A DNA stretch of 64,000 nt from Flavobacteriales bacterium (GTDB lineage Bacteria; Bacteroidota; Bacteroidia; Flavobacteriales; UJ101). The notes beneath the pieces are model-generated. The model searched no databases and was not told the DNA's origin. It saw only the letters and a list, made by a program, of their open reading frames with translations. Positions 40,561-50,907 of this stretch are shown in pieces (positions within the stretch are counted from its first letter, which is position 1; each line of letters opens with the position of its first letter). Location of the stretch: contig JBKEDE010000042.1 in assembly GCA_047975265.1 (NCBI GenBank), positions 16,543-80,542 of the forward strand. The letters run 5' to 3'. A program made the translations under genes and the position numbers.

Positions 40561-41805
40561 CTATTCTCTTGAAAAAATACGACTTATACCAATCAATAAA
40601 TCATAACGTTGCCCCCAAGGACGATAGTATAAAAGTGTGTGGTATAAATTGGTTGTTTGCCAGTAATTTCCTTCGGGTTCTTCGTTAATAATTTCATACG
40701 TTTCTTTTTTAGTAAAGGTATATTGATAGTTATATGTTCCCTGTTTTAAAAGCATATTTAATTTGTAATAACGGTTTACTTCATCAAAAACCATTTTATT
40801 TTGCTTGGATAATTGCCAATCATTAAATGCTCCAGTTACATAAATATCAACCTCTTTTTTAGGGTTAAAAAATTCCAATGCAAAATGAACATCGATATAA
40901 TCAGCTTGTGTATCAATATTATCTTCAGCCATTTGATCTACAGTTCTGATATAGTAACCGCCTTCATAATCAGGCTCATTAATATATCCGGTATGAGTAC
41001 GAGGCTGGTCAATCATTAAATAATGATGGTAAATGCTGTCATGCTCAATATTGTTGGTGGTCAGAGCCTTAGCATCTCGTTTTTTAGTGTCTAACCATCG
41101 GTATTCATTTCCTGCCCAAAAAGTGTAGTCAATGGAATTAAACGTTAGTTTTTGGTTGTTTACAAAATCAGGATTTAGATTATACAAAGCATCGTTCCAG
41201 TTGTTATTTTTAATAACCATTGCCCAGACATCTTGAATATTACGAGTCAAATCATACCGTTGTGAATTAAAAACAGCATCAAAAGAAATCGTTTGAGTTT
41301 CATTGGCTTTTGTTCTTCCTTGCGAAATGACAGACTGAATTCCTACACCGGATTCGTAAACGGCAAACCGCTTGGTTATAATGGGTTTTTTAGGATTTGT
41401 TTGATAAATTTTAATGACATAATTTCCTGAAAGTCTTATATTTATTTTATTATTAGGAAAAGCCAACCGATAATGTGTATATTTCAATGATGTATTAAAG
41501 GATTGTTTGTAATCAGAAATAAAATCTTGTTTAAATCCTACCATATAATCTGTACGAAAGGCACTGGTGGGTTTCCAATCGTGAGTATAACGTTCAATTG
41601 TGTAATTATAGCGTTTGTAAGTTCCATCCAAATCGTCAAATTTTAAAATGAGTTGTTCCCCTAATTGAATAATGGGTGTATTATCATTGGTTTTAGGATT
41701 GAATAACACAACTCCACCAATATTTTTGGGAGGCACAACCGGCTTAAACGTTTGTGAAAATAGAAATGAAGTAAAAAACAGTAAAAAAAAATTAAATTTT
41801 ATCAT
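40561..41805 (-). CDS. Conserved Bacteroidota secreted protein, possibly DUF5103 / T9SS plug-like (start taken at MIKFNFF)
   Basis: Signal peptide and a size of ~415 aa. The family assignment is from memory of its composition and its adjacency to rlmB, not from a search. Confidence 0.45.
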   Translation of the reverse strand: MIKFNFFLLFFTSFLFSQTFKPVVPPKNIGGVVLFNPKTNDNTPIIQLGEQLILKFDDLDGTYKRYNYTIERYTHDWKPTSAFRTDYMVGFKQDFISDYKQSFNTSLKYTHYRLAFPNNKINIRLSGNYVIKIYQTNPKKPIITKRFAVYESGVGIQSVISQGRTKANETQTISFDAVFNSQRYDLTRNIQDVWAMVIKNNNWNDALYNLNPDFVNNQKLTFNSIDYTFWAGNEYRWLDTKKRDAKALTTNNIEHDSIYHHYLMIDQPRTHTGYINEPDYEGGYYIRTVDQMAEDNIDTQADYIDVHFALEFFNPKKEVDIYVTGAFNDWQLSKQNKMVFDEVNRYYKLNMLLKQGTYNYQYTFTKKETYEIINEEPEGNYWQTTNLYHTLLYYRPWGQRYDLLIGISRIFSRE

Positions 41806-41839
41806 TATGATTGCAAAAATTAAATAATATTCGTTATAA

Positions 41840-42595
41840 TCATCCCATACGCTGTCGTACACATTCGTATAAAAAAGCCCCACACGCCACCGAAACATTT
41901 AAAGAACCTGTTTTGCCATACATGGGTAATTTAGCTGTTTTTTGGGCGGTTTTTATGTATGATAAAGATACACCGTTCTCTTCACTTCCCATAACAAATG
42001 CTGTTGGAAGTTTAAAATCTAAATCATACAGCATATGATTGGTTTTCTCGGAAGCAGCAACTACTTGTATTCCATAATCTTGAATGTATTCTATCACAAT
42101 TTTTAAATCGGATTCTTTACAAATAGGAATGTTGTAAATCGCTCCGGTAGAGGTTTTAATAGCATCCGCATTAATAGGTGCGGTGTTTTTTTTAGGAATG
42201 ATAATAGCATCCACTCCGGTACACTCTGCTGTTCGAACAATCGCACCAAAGTTTCGAGCGTCAGTTATTCGATCTAAAATAAGCAAAAGAGGTATTCTAC
42301 CTTCTTCATACAATTTTGGTAAAATATCTTCTATTTTATGAAAATCAATAGGAGAAATAAAAGCAACAATACCTTGATGGTTTTTTCTGGTAAAGCGATT
42401 TAAACGTTCGACAGGCACTTGTTTTGAACTAAGATTGTATTTTTTTATTAAACCTTTCAGTTCTGCATAAATCTCACCTTTCAATCCGGTTTGGATAAAT
42501 AAGCTGTCTATTGTTTTTCCACTGTTGATGGCTTCAATTACCGGACGTAGTCCAAAAACCATATTATCTTGTTGCATAATTCTGCTTTTAATCAT
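41840..42595 (-). CDS. rlmB: 23S rRNA (guanosine-2'-O)-methyltransferase RlmB (TrmH family)
   Basis: N-terminal SpoU_sub_bind region (GLRPVIEAI) and SpoU motifs (DARNFGAIVRTAE, VMGSEENGVS, LNVSVA). Confidence 0.85.
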   Translation of the reverse strand: MIKSRIMQQDNMVFGLRPVIEAINSGKTIDSLFIQTGLKGEIYAELKGLIKKYNLSSKQVPVERLNRFTRKNHQGIVAFISPIDFHKIEDILPKLYEEGRIPLLLILDRITDARNFGAIVRTAECTGVDAIIIPKKNTAPINADAIKTSTGAIYNIPICKESDLKIVIEYIQDYGIQVVAASEKTNHMLYDLDFKLPTAFVMGSEENGVSLSYIKTAQKTAKLPMYGKTGSLNVSVACGAFLYECVRQRMG

Positions 42596-42629
42596 AACAA
42601 AATTAGTTTTTTGAAACGATTTTTTAAAA

Positions 42630-44072
42630 TTATCTGAATTTAAAATCCATTAATTTGAATATATAAACACTTCCGATGAAAAGAAAAGAAAAACTACTGC
42701 ATTTTACTAATAAATTGAGTAAAGATGTTTCCATTTGAGGGATGCTGTAAGCAATTAAAAAAGCGATTAATCCTAAAACTCCAATTTTTATTGTTTCGAT
42801 GGAAAAAGGAAGAATTTTATATTTGGTATAAATAAAACCCATTTTTATAATATTAAATAAAACAAGAGCAATCAAAGAAGCAACGGCAGGTCCGGTAATT
42901 CCTGTTTTTTTAATTTCCAAAAAATAAAAATTCAATGAAATATTTAAAACGGCTAAAATTAAAACGGCTATAATATTAAACTTGTAATATTTGGAATAGG
43001 CAATAATTTGATCATTAAAACCACAAGAAATACTAATCCAGCTTCCTAAACTTACCAAATAAACAACATTGTAACCCGCTTTTAAACTATCTCCTTGCGG
43101 AATAAGGTCAAATAAATCTTGTATTCCTAAAACAATTCCGCCAAAAAACAACAACCCGAAAGCAAAGAGAAATAAAGAGGTTTTTTTATATAAACTCTCT
43201 AATAAATCAAGCTGATTTTTGGTTAAGAAAGAAGTGATTTTAGGTGATGAAATACTGTAAACAGCCATAAAAGGAATGGTGATGATGGTTCCAAAAGAAA
43301 AACATATAGAATAAATACTGTTATCTTTAAATTCTAAAATAGAAGGAATCATCAGAGTATCAATTTTGAATGTTAGTAAACTTCCAAAAGAGGCAAGAAA
43401 TGTAAAAAACCCAAAGTTCAACATGGATTTCAGCGTTGTTTTATCCCATGATTTTGGAAAAATTTGAATTTTTGATTTTTCAAATTTCTGAAGATATAAG
43501 AGGAGTAAAAGGACAATCACACCATAACCTATAATAAAAAAAAGGAGCATTTGTTTTTTATCCATAAGAATAAAATAGCCGCCCAGTAAAAAAGAAACAA
43601 TGATATTTATACGAGGTAAAAACCGTTCAAAAATAGAGGGTACAGCTACGGAGTTATAATTAGAAATATATTTTACTAAAAGTTGGCTGTAACCCAAAAA
43701 CAATCCTAAAAACAGGCTGTAAAAAGCATACTCGGTAAATTCTTTGTTTTTGATAATGTTCCAATCAAGAATATATTTTTGATTTAATAAAAAGAAGATT
43801 AGAAAAACACAAAAAATAGTACTGGTAATGAAGAATCCAATCCCCAACAGCCCTTTTTTCTGCTTAAAAAGAGGGAAAAATTTTACCATCATAATGGCAC
43901 TTCCAAAAAGAAATAATTGAGCAAAAAATTCACCTGCAGTTAAAACAGAACGTAAAATACCATGTATTTCCAAATTTTCCGGATACAAAAATAATGAGGC
44001 TATAATACTCAAAAAAGTACCCAAATAACTCATAATGGAAAAACCCAAAGATTGTTTGGCAATCGTATTCAT
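42630..44072 (-). CDS. Polysaccharide/oligosaccharide flippase (MOP/Wzx-like)
   Basis: 480 aa with about 12-14 predicted TM helices, adjacent to a glycosyltransferase. Confidence 0.7.
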   Translation of the reverse strand: MNTIAKQSLGFSIMSYLGTFLSIIASLFLYPENLEIHGILRSVLTAGEFFAQLFLFGSAIMMVKFFPLFKQKKGLLGIGFFITSTIFCVFLIFFLLNQKYILDWNIIKNKEFTEYAFYSLFLGLFLGYSQLLVKYISNYNSVAVPSIFERFLPRINIIVSFLLGGYFILMDKKQMLLFFIIGYGVIVLLLLLYLQKFEKSKIQIFPKSWDKTTLKSMLNFGFFTFLASFGSLLTFKIDTLMIPSILEFKDNSIYSICFSFGTIITIPFMAVYSISSPKITSFLTKNQLDLLESLYKKTSLFLFAFGLLFFGGIVLGIQDLFDLIPQGDSLKAGYNVVYLVSLGSWISISCGFNDQIIAYSKYYKFNIIAVLILAVLNISLNFYFLEIKKTGITGPAVASLIALVLFNIIKMGFIYTKYKILPFSIETIKIGVLGLIAFLIAYSIPQMETSLLNLLVKCSSFSFLFIGSVYIFKLMDFKFR

Positions 44073-44111
44073 ATATCACAACAAGTGTAAGACAAATTTA
44101 GGATATTTGAT

Positions 44112-44119
44112 TAATTTTG
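44112..44119 (+). promoter_or_regulatory. TAnnTTTG -7 box (TAATTTTG)
   Basis: Exact motif 18 nt upstream of the ATG at 44138. Confidence 0.4.
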
Positions 44120-44137
44120 AGGAATTAAATTAGATTT

Positions 44138-45316
44138 ATGAAAATTTTAATGGTTTTAGAAAGAGAATTTCCTGAAGACGAACGAGTTGAAAAAGAGGCT
44201 CTATCTCTAATAAAAGCAGGATATGAAGTTCATTTAGCTTGTTATACACTTCAAAATCGTGCTTCCATAGAAAATTATAAAGGAATCCAAATTCATCGAA
44301 AACCTATTTCTAAATTTTTATTAAAAAAAGCGAGTGTAGCAGCATTAAAATTGCCTTTTTATTTCAAGTTTTGGAAAAATTTTGTACAAAAAATTGTAAA
44401 TGAAAAAAAGTTTGATGTGATTCATATTCATGATTTGCCTTTGGCAAAAATAGGGTATGAAACAGCTAAAAAAAATAATTTAAAACTAATTTTAGATTTT
44501 CATGAAAATTGGGCGGGGCTTCTTTCCGTATCCGCACATACCAAAACTTTATTAGGAAAAGTTTTAAGTTCCAATACACAATGGGAGAATTATGAAACAG
44601 CGTATTGCAAATTAGCAGACCAAATTTTGGTAGTCGTTGATGAAGCAAAAGACCGATTGGTTGAAAAAGGAATTGAAAAGAAAAAAATAAAGGTTGTTTC
44701 CAATACGATTTTGCTTCCTTTAAATATTAAAAATAAAGAAAAATATGATGTCTATACGTTTGTTTACGCCGGAGGAATAACGTATCACCGAGGGCTTCAA
44801 TATGTTTTGGACGGATTAGCTCTTGTAAATCAAACATTTTCAGATTGGCAGTTGATATTAGTAGGTTCCGGGCGTTATGTTAAAAATTTAAAAAATCAAG
44901 TCAAAAAATTAAAATTGGAAAATCAAGTTTATTTTTTAGAGCATCAACCGTATTATAAAATGATGGAATACATAGCCGGAGCAGATTGTGGACTAATTCC
45001 ACACATTAAATCTTCACATACCGATCACACCATTCCCAATAAACTTTTTCAGTATATGTATTTAAAAAAGCCGGTATTGGTTTCCAATTGTAAACCTCTT
45101 GAACGCATTGTGAAAGAATGTAATAATGGATTTGTTTACAAATACAATCAGCCTAATCAGTTTAGTGAAAAAGCTTTGAAATTAATTCACGGCAAATATG
45201 ATAATTTTGAAGAAAATGGTTACCAAGCTGTTCTTAAAAAGTATCATTGGGCAAAAGAAGAAGAAAAACTTAAAAAAAGTTATACGGATTTAAATTTAAA
45301 AGAATTATCTTATTGA
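44138..45316 (+). CDS. Glycosyltransferase family 4 (GT-B, group 1)
   Basis: N-terminal GT4-like domain and the C-terminal Glycos_transf_1 pattern (E....L.P..........PNKLFQYM...KPV). Confidence 0.85.
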   Translation: MKILMVLEREFPEDERVEKEALSLIKAGYEVHLACYTLQNRASIENYKGIQIHRKPISKFLLKKASVAALKLPFYFKFWKNFVQKIVNEKKFDVIHIHDLPLAKIGYETAKKNNLKLILDFHENWAGLLSVSAHTKTLLGKVLSSNTQWENYETAYCKLADQILVVVDEAKDRLVEKGIEKKKIKVVSNTILLPLNIKNKEKYDVYTFVYAGGITYHRGLQYVLDGLALVNQTFSDWQLILVGSGRYVKNLKNQVKKLKLENQVYFLEHQPYYKMMEYIAGADCGLIPHIKSSHTDHTIPNKLFQYMYLKKPVLVSNCKPLERIVKECNNGFVYKYNQPNQFSEKALKLIHGKYDNFEENGYQAVLKKYHWAKEEEKLKKSYTDLNLKELSY

Positions 45317-45492
45317 TCGTCGAGAAATTTTGAGCTACATGTCCGTCTCGCTTTCGGCTCTTATCATCTACTTTTACTTGACCTAAAGATAACTGCTGCG
45401 ATAGTCAAGAAGATAATATCTTGAAGATCATGACCTTTTGTTCGTTCAACACGAGTATCTTCCAAAGATGAAAAGTGTTCAATTGGACTCAT
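45300..45492 (-). mobile_element. Relic of an ISAs1-family transposase gene (N-terminal ~33 codons joined to a C-terminal ~30 codons; internal deletion)
   Basis: On the minus strand from ATG 45492: MSPIEHFSSLEDTRVERTKGHDLQDIIFLTIAAVI (the ISAs1 N-terminal pattern H.S...D.R......H.L.DI..LTI.AVI). A second frame gives VDDKSRKRDGHVAQNFSTINKIILLNL (like the ISAs1 C-terminal ED.SR.R.G.....NFS.I..IALNLL). Confidence 0.55.
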
Positions 45493-45626
45493 ATTAGTTT
45501 TTATTTCAAAGAGAGACCTTTTTAAACTTATATACAAGCCTAGTTATAAACAATGAGTGTAAATAATTTAGATGCGTTTGCCCTGATATTACACGCAAAA
45601 AATTACGTGAAATGTATGAAAAAATG

Positions 45627-45634
45627 TAATTTTG
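45627..45634 (+). promoter_or_regulatory. TAnnTTTG -7 box (TAATTTTG)
   Basis: Exact motif 31 nt upstream of the accD ATG. Confidence 0.4.
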
Positions 45635-45665
45635 TCTTTACAACTCATTCAAAAGAACAAATAAA

Positions 45666-46514
45666 ATGGTTTGGTTTAGACGAAATAAAAAAAATATACA
45701 GACACCTACTGAAGATAAAAAAGATTTACCAAAAGGATTATGGTACAAAACGCCCAGTGGAAAAATTATTGATACAGAAGAATTGCAAAACAATTTGTAT
45801 GTAAGTCCTGAAGACGGATATCATGTAAAAATTGGAAGTAAAGAATATTTTGAAATTCTTTTTGACAATAATGAATTTAAAGAATTAAATCCAAAACTGG
45901 AAAGTAGAGATCCTTTAAAATTTGAAGATAAAAAAAAATATACAGACCGTCTGAAAGAAGCCAAAAGCAGAACGAATTTAAAAGATGCTATCCGAACGGC
46001 TTATGGTAAAATTAACGGACATGAAACAGTCATAGCTTGTATGGATTTTTCTTTTATCGGAGGTTCGATGGGATCTGTAGTAGGTGAAAAAATAGCTCGT
46101 GCCATTGATTTTTGTATTGAGAATAAATTGCCGTTTTTATTAATCTCCAAATCAGGCGGAGCTCGTATGATGGAGGCTGCATTTTCTCTAATGCAAATGG
46201 CTAAAACATCTGCTAAATTAGCCCTACTGGCTGAAGCTAAGCTTCCTTATATTTCTTTACTGACAGATCCTACAACAGGCGGTGTAACAGCTTCTTATGC
46301 AATGTTAGGCGATATCAATATTGCCGAACCCGGAGCTCTGATAGGCTTTGCAGGACCTCGTGTAATAAAAGAAACTATTGGGAAAGATTTGCCTGAAGGA
46401 TTTCAGACCTCAGAATTTGTTTTAGAACATGGATTTTTAGACAAAATCGTACATCGAAAAGATTTAAAGAAAACCATCAGTGATTATTTGGAAATCACGT
46501 TTTATAATGATTAA
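45666..46514 (+). CDS. accD: Acetyl-CoA carboxylase carboxyltransferase subunit beta
   Basis: Typical AccD sequence ([35 protein letters not shown]). It lacks the Cys4 zinc ribbon. Confidence 0.92.
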   Translation: MVWFRRNKKNIQTPTEDKKDLPKGLWYKTPSGKIIDTEELQNNLYVSPEDGYHVKIGSKEYFEILFDNNEFKELNPKLESRDPLKFEDKKKYTDRLKEAKSRTNLKDAIRTAYGKINGHETVIACMDFSFIGGSMGSVVGEKIARAIDFCIENKLPFLLISKSGGARMMEAAFSLMQMAKTSAKLALLAEAKLPYISLLTDPTTGGVTASYAMLGDINIAEPGALIGFAGPRVIKETIGKDLPEGFQTSEFVLEHGFLDKIVHRKDLKKTISDYLEITFYND

Positions 46515-46554
46515 GAAAACAACTTGATTTAGAAATTTTCTTATTATAATTTAT

Positions 46555-47005
46555 TTAGCTCAATAACGACTTTACAATCTGTGAAATCATTTTTCCATCT
46601 GCTTTTCCTGCTAATTGCTTTGTTGCTACACTCATTACTTTTCCCATATCACGAGGGGTTTCGGCACCAACTTGAGTGATAATTTCTTTTAAAACAGTCG
46701 TTATTTCTTCCTTTGATAATTGTTTGGGCAAAAATTGCTCTATTACTTTTAGCTTGTGCTAACTCTTCTTCTGCCATTTCGCGAGCTTCTTGTGCTATAA
46801 ACTGTTCTGCTGCTTCCTTTCGTTGTTTTACCTCTCTTTGCAAAAGCTTTAATTCATCTTCTTCAGAGAGCTTTCCTTGGGCACCTTCTTCTGTTTTAGC
46901 TTTTAATATAGCTGTTTTTATTGCTCTTAATGATGCTAATGCTACTTGATCTTTTGATTTCATAGCAATTTTTAATTGCTCCATCACATTTTTTTCCAAA
47001 CTCAT
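46555..47005 (-). pseudogene. GatB/YqeY-domain protein, interrupted by a +1 frameshift in an A4 run
   Basis: The N-terminal frame (MSLEKNVMEQLKIAMKSKD...EELAQAK) ends in nonsense. The shifted frame continues as a typical YqeY C-terminus (VIEQFLPKQLSKEEITTVLKEIITQVGAETPRDMGKVMSVATKQLAGKADGKMISQIVKSLLS*). The junction is at 46747-46750. Confidence 0.75.
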
Positions 47006-47035
47006 TTTTAACAATTTAAAAGTCCATTCTTTATA

Positions 47036-48748
47036 TCAATCTACATTATCATGAAGAAACGAATTGTTCTCACGAATTTGAAGTTCATCTTGCGAGTCTT
47101 CATTTAATGTTAATCGTGAACGGTTGTTTGTTGAACTGCTCTCCGATAACTCCACACCTTGTCTTTTATAAGCAGGTACACGTTCAAGATCTTCTATATT
47201 TTTAATATTTTGCTTAAACTTATAATTAAATGATTTTAATTTATTTTTGCGGTCTTCTATTGTCTTCGGTGTATTTTCTTTAGAAAGTTCGCCGTTTTTT
47301 TCAATGGTTTTCTCCGTTTCAACCGTTTTTACTTCAAATCCGGATTCTATCAACTCATCTGTTGCTACTTCGATTTCAACTTCTTGATTATTAAACGATT
47401 GATTATTATCAAATTCTAAATCAAACGAAAATTCTTCTTCATGCTCTTTTTCTACTAAAATAATTTCTTCTTGTTCCACATCAGGATCAGGAGGAGCAAG
47501 GATTATTTCTTCCTCTTCTTCAAACAAAGTATGTACTACACGATTTTCAGGTTGTTTTGGCAATTTAGATTCTTCTCCAAAAAGATTTTTTTGTTGGTTA
47601 TATTGTGTTTTTTGTTCTACTCTATTTTGTGATGGAGGCATTTTTAAAATCGGATTTGTCTCATCATTTTCTTTTACTGCGGGTGTTGGTTCAGGAGATA
47701 ATGTTTTTGTAACAGGCTGATCCTCTAGCAAAGTATGAATTGTTTTCTTTTCTTCACGAGAAAATTTTTGTTCTCCGGCAGGAAACCCGGTAGCTACAAC
47801 CGTAACACGAATAGCATCATCTAAATCTTCATCTTCTCCAATACCCATGATAATATTGGCATTGTATCCTGCTTCGGTTTGAATATAATCATTAATAATT
47901 CCTATTTCGTCAATTGTAATTTCCTCACTTCCGGAGACGATTAACAACAATACGTTTTTAGCACCGGTAATTTTATTGTTATTCAATAAAGGCGAATCCA
48001 ACGCAGCAATAATAGCTTCTTTTGCCTTTTCAGTACCCGATGCTACGGCAGAACCCATAATAGCTGTTCCACTATCTGCCAAAACCGTTTTGGCATCGCG
48101 TAAATCAATATTTTGTTTGTAATGATTGGTAATTACCTCTGCTATTCCCTTTGATGCAATTGCCAAAACTTCATCTGCTTTAGAAAAGCCTGTTTTAAAT
48201 CCTAAGTTACCATACAATTCTCTCAATTTATCATTGTTGATTACAATTAAAGAATCTACATTGTCTTGTAATTCTTCAACACCTATTTCGGCCTGCTCCA
48301 TCCTTCTGTTCCCTTCAAAATAGAATGGCACCGTTACAATTCCAACCGTAAGAATTCCGGACTCTTTTGCCATTCCTGCAATAATCGGAGCAGCTCCTGT
48401 TCCGGTTCCTCCTCCCATTCCTGCGGTAATGAACACCATTTTTGTATTGGTATCCAAAATAGCTTTTACTTCTTCAGCACTTTCCAATGCAGCTTGTTTT
48501 CCTACCTCAGGATTAGCTCCCGCTCCTAATCCTTCTGTTATAGAAGCACCTAATTGAATTTTATTGGGGACAGGACTATTGTTTAACGCCTGAGCATCCG
48601 TATTACAAATTACAAAATCAACACCAGCTATTCCTTCTTCAAACATGTAATTGACTGCGTTGCTTCCTCCACCTCCAACACCAATTACTTTAATTGATGC
48701 TGATTTATGTTTTGGTAAATCAAAAACGATTCCTTGATTATGGCTCAT
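47036..48748 (-). CDS. ftsZ: Cell division protein FtsZ
   Basis: GGGTGTGAAP tubulin signature, a long acidic linker, and the conserved C-terminal peptide. Confidence 0.97.
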   Translation of the reverse strand: MSHNQGIVFDLPKHKSASIKVIGVGGGGSNAVNYMFEEGIAGVDFVICNTDAQALNNSPVPNKIQLGASITEGLGAGANPEVGKQAALESAEEVKAILDTNTKMVFITAGMGGGTGTGAAPIIAGMAKESGILTVGIVTVPFYFEGNRRMEQAEIGVEELQDNVDSLIVINNDKLRELYGNLGFKTGFSKADEVLAIASKGIAEVITNHYKQNIDLRDAKTVLADSGTAIMGSAVASGTEKAKEAIIAALDSPLLNNNKITGAKNVLLLIVSGSEEITIDEIGIINDYIQTEAGYNANIIMGIGEDEDLDDAIRVTVVATGFPAGEQKFSREEKKTIHTLLEDQPVTKTLSPEPTPAVKENDETNPILKMPPSQNRVEQKTQYNQQKNLFGEESKLPKQPENRVVHTLFEEEEEIILAPPDPDVEQEEIILVEKEHEEEFSFDLEFDNNQSFNNQEVEIEVATDELIESGFEVKTVETEKTIEKNGELSKENTPKTIEDRKNKLKSFNYKFKQNIKNIEDLERVPAYKRQGVELSESSSTNNRSRLTLNEDSQDELQIRENNSFLHDNVD

Positions 48749-48795
48749 AATATATTGTTTCTGTATTGTTTCAAATTAATTTTTCATTGATTTTA

Positions 48796-50181
48796 TTATT
48801 CCGCTTCATTAAACATTTGACGAAATTTTTCTGCCCACCGCTCAAAAAATGTGATACTTTTAGGTTCTCTTTTTATCTCTTTTCCTACTTCATCCTGAAA
48901 TCCTTTTACAGATGTGTTTTCTGTTACAGCTGATTGTCCAAAATTATTTGTAACCTTCTCTACTTTAGATTGTATTTCTTCTACAACTTTATCAGCTTCC
49001 GTTGATTCATAAACGTTAAATTTTCTTTCTAATCCTTTGATTAACAGTCCGGCTGCTGTTGCAAATTCAGGACTTGACAAACTTTCGTTTTGTCCTCCAG
49101 CTAAATGTTCATTAGGCAATCCTATCCGAACATCCATTCCTGTAATAAATTCCGTTAACAAACGAATGTGTTTCAACTTAGAACCTCCTCCAGTCATCAC
49201 AATTCCGGCTATTAATTTTTTCTTTTGCTCTTCATGACCGTAATTTTTAATCTCCAAATACGCTTGCTCCATTATTTCACGTACGCGTGCGTTAATAATT
49301 TCAGATAAAGTTCTTAAAGAGATTTCTTTAGGCTCTCTTCCTCTTAATCCCGGAATGGATACAATATCCGATTCGGAGTTTTCCTTAGGCCATGCCGAAC
49401 CAAATTTTATTTTTAACAATTCTGCTTGGCGTTCAATAATAGAACAACCTGTTTTAATATCTTCTGTAATAATATTTCCTCCAAACGATATTACGGCTGT
49501 GTGACGAATAATATTATCTTTAAAAATGGCAATATCGGTTGTCCCGCCTCCAATATCGATTAAAGCAACTCCGGCTTCTTTTTCTTCATATCCTAATACG
49601 GCTTCAGCAGATGCCAAAGGTTCTAATGTGATGCCTGCAAGATTTAAGCCCGCACTTTTTATACATCGTGCAATATTTTTGATGGAAGACACATGTCCTA
49701 CGACCACGTGGAAATTAGCTTCCAATCGACGTCCATACATCCCGATTGGCTCACGGATTTCTCCTTGACCATCTACTTTGTACTCTTGTGGTAAAACATG
49801 TATGATTTCTTCACCCGGTAGCATAACCAACTTATGTACCTGATTAATTAATCGGTCAATATCATCTTCATCAATCACTTCTTCGTTATTTTCGCGTGTG
49901 ATATAGTCACTGTGTTGCAAACTCCTGATATGTTGTCCGGCTATTCCAACCACTACATCTTTTATTTCAATTCCTGAAGACCGCTCAGCCTCCTGAACAG
50001 CCTCTTGAATGGAGTTAATGGTTTGCGTAATATTACTGACTACCCCCCGATGAACTCCTAAACTTTTGGCTTTTCCTATGCCTAACACCTCTACTTTTCC
50101 GTGTTCGTTTTTATGTCCTACAATCGCTACAATTTTAGTAGTTCCTATATCTAATCCAACTGAAATGTTTTGATAATCCAT
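48796..50181 (-). CDS. ftsA: Cell division protein FtsA
   Basis: Actin-like ATPase motifs (DIGTTKIVA, DIGGGTTDIAIF), upstream of ftsZ. Confidence 0.95.
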   Translation of the reverse strand: MDYQNISVGLDIGTTKIVAIVGHKNEHGKVEVLGIGKAKSLGVHRGVVSNITQTINSIQEAVQEAERSSGIEIKDVVVGIAGQHIRSLQHSDYITRENNEEVIDEDDIDRLINQVHKLVMLPGEEIIHVLPQEYKVDGQGEIREPIGMYGRRLEANFHVVVGHVSSIKNIARCIKSAGLNLAGITLEPLASAEAVLGYEEKEAGVALIDIGGGTTDIAIFKDNIIRHTAVISFGGNIITEDIKTGCSIIERQAELLKIKFGSAWPKENSESDIVSIPGLRGREPKEISLRTLSEIINARVREIMEQAYLEIKNYGHEEQKKKLIAGIVMTGGGSKLKHIRLLTEFITGMDVRIGLPNEHLAGGQNESLSSPEFATAAGLLIKGLERKFNVYESTEADKVVEEIQSKVEKVTNNFGQSAVTENTSVKGFQDEVGKEIKREPKSITFFERWAEKFRQMFNEAE

Positions 50182-50184
50182 AGA

Positions 50185-50907
50185 TTATTTTTTTTCTGCA
50201 ACTATTTGGTTTTTATACTGAAGGTTGATTCTTTTGTATTGATCAAATCCTATTTTCGTTAAATATTGATCGTAAAAAAGTTTGAGTTTCGTAAATTTTT
50301 GGTCAAAATCTTCCAAATTTCCAAACCCGATATCAAACCCACCTTTATTAACTTTTAAAATAAACGAATTTTTCGCCTCTTTTTTTACTCCTGTGATATT
50401 TTTTTTCAACAAGTTATCCCCATTAATAAACGTTACTAAATTCACCAATGGTTTATATTCTGCGGAGTCTATCTTCCCTTCTACGATCAATGCATTAATC
50501 GAGTACACATCTGACAAAGGAATTTTTTCGTAATCCTCTGTAATATAATATTCTGCTGTCCTATTTTTCACTCGAACAACAGGTCTTTTTTGTACAATTT
50601 CAGTTATTAATTCTCCTTTAGGCGTTTTATAAACATCTGCTTTTTTTACAAATGGATTTTTTGATAACCAAGCCTCAATACTATCCACCTTTATATCATT
50701 TATTTTGGCAGAATCTAACTTCATGTTTTTCGTGATTATTAAACGGACTATACTGTCGTTAATGAAATCACTACCATCTTTACTTATGTTTTTAGAATAA
50801 ATTTTGACAATAGTACGTTCTTGGTTTTTCCGAATCATAAATCCTGATAAAACCAAAAAACCGATCAAGCTGATTAACGCGAATATGTAGGGTATTTTAC
50901 CTTTCAT
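50185..50907 (-). CDS. ftsQ: Cell division protein FtsQ
   Basis: Bitopic protein with an N-terminal TM segment and a POTRA-like region, positioned between murC and ftsA. Confidence 0.8.
   Translation of the reverse strand: MKGKIPYIFALISLIGFLVLSGFMIRKNQERTIVKIYSKNISKDGSDFINDSIVRLIITKNMKLDSAKINDIKVDSIEAWLSKNPFVKKADVYKTPKGELITEIVQKRPVVRVKNRTAEYYITEDYEKIPLSDVYSINALIVEGKIDSAEYKPLVNLVTFINGDNLLKKNITGVKKEAKNSFILKVNKGGFDIGFGNLEDFDQKFTKLKLFYDQYLTKIGFDQYKRINLQYKNQIVAEKK

Noticed and set aside
45553-45804. 83-aa + strand ORF overlapping the accD start
   Set aside because: It is out of frame with the well-conserved AccD N-terminus ([14 protein letters not shown]...) and contains the accD promoter box. 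It is spurious.
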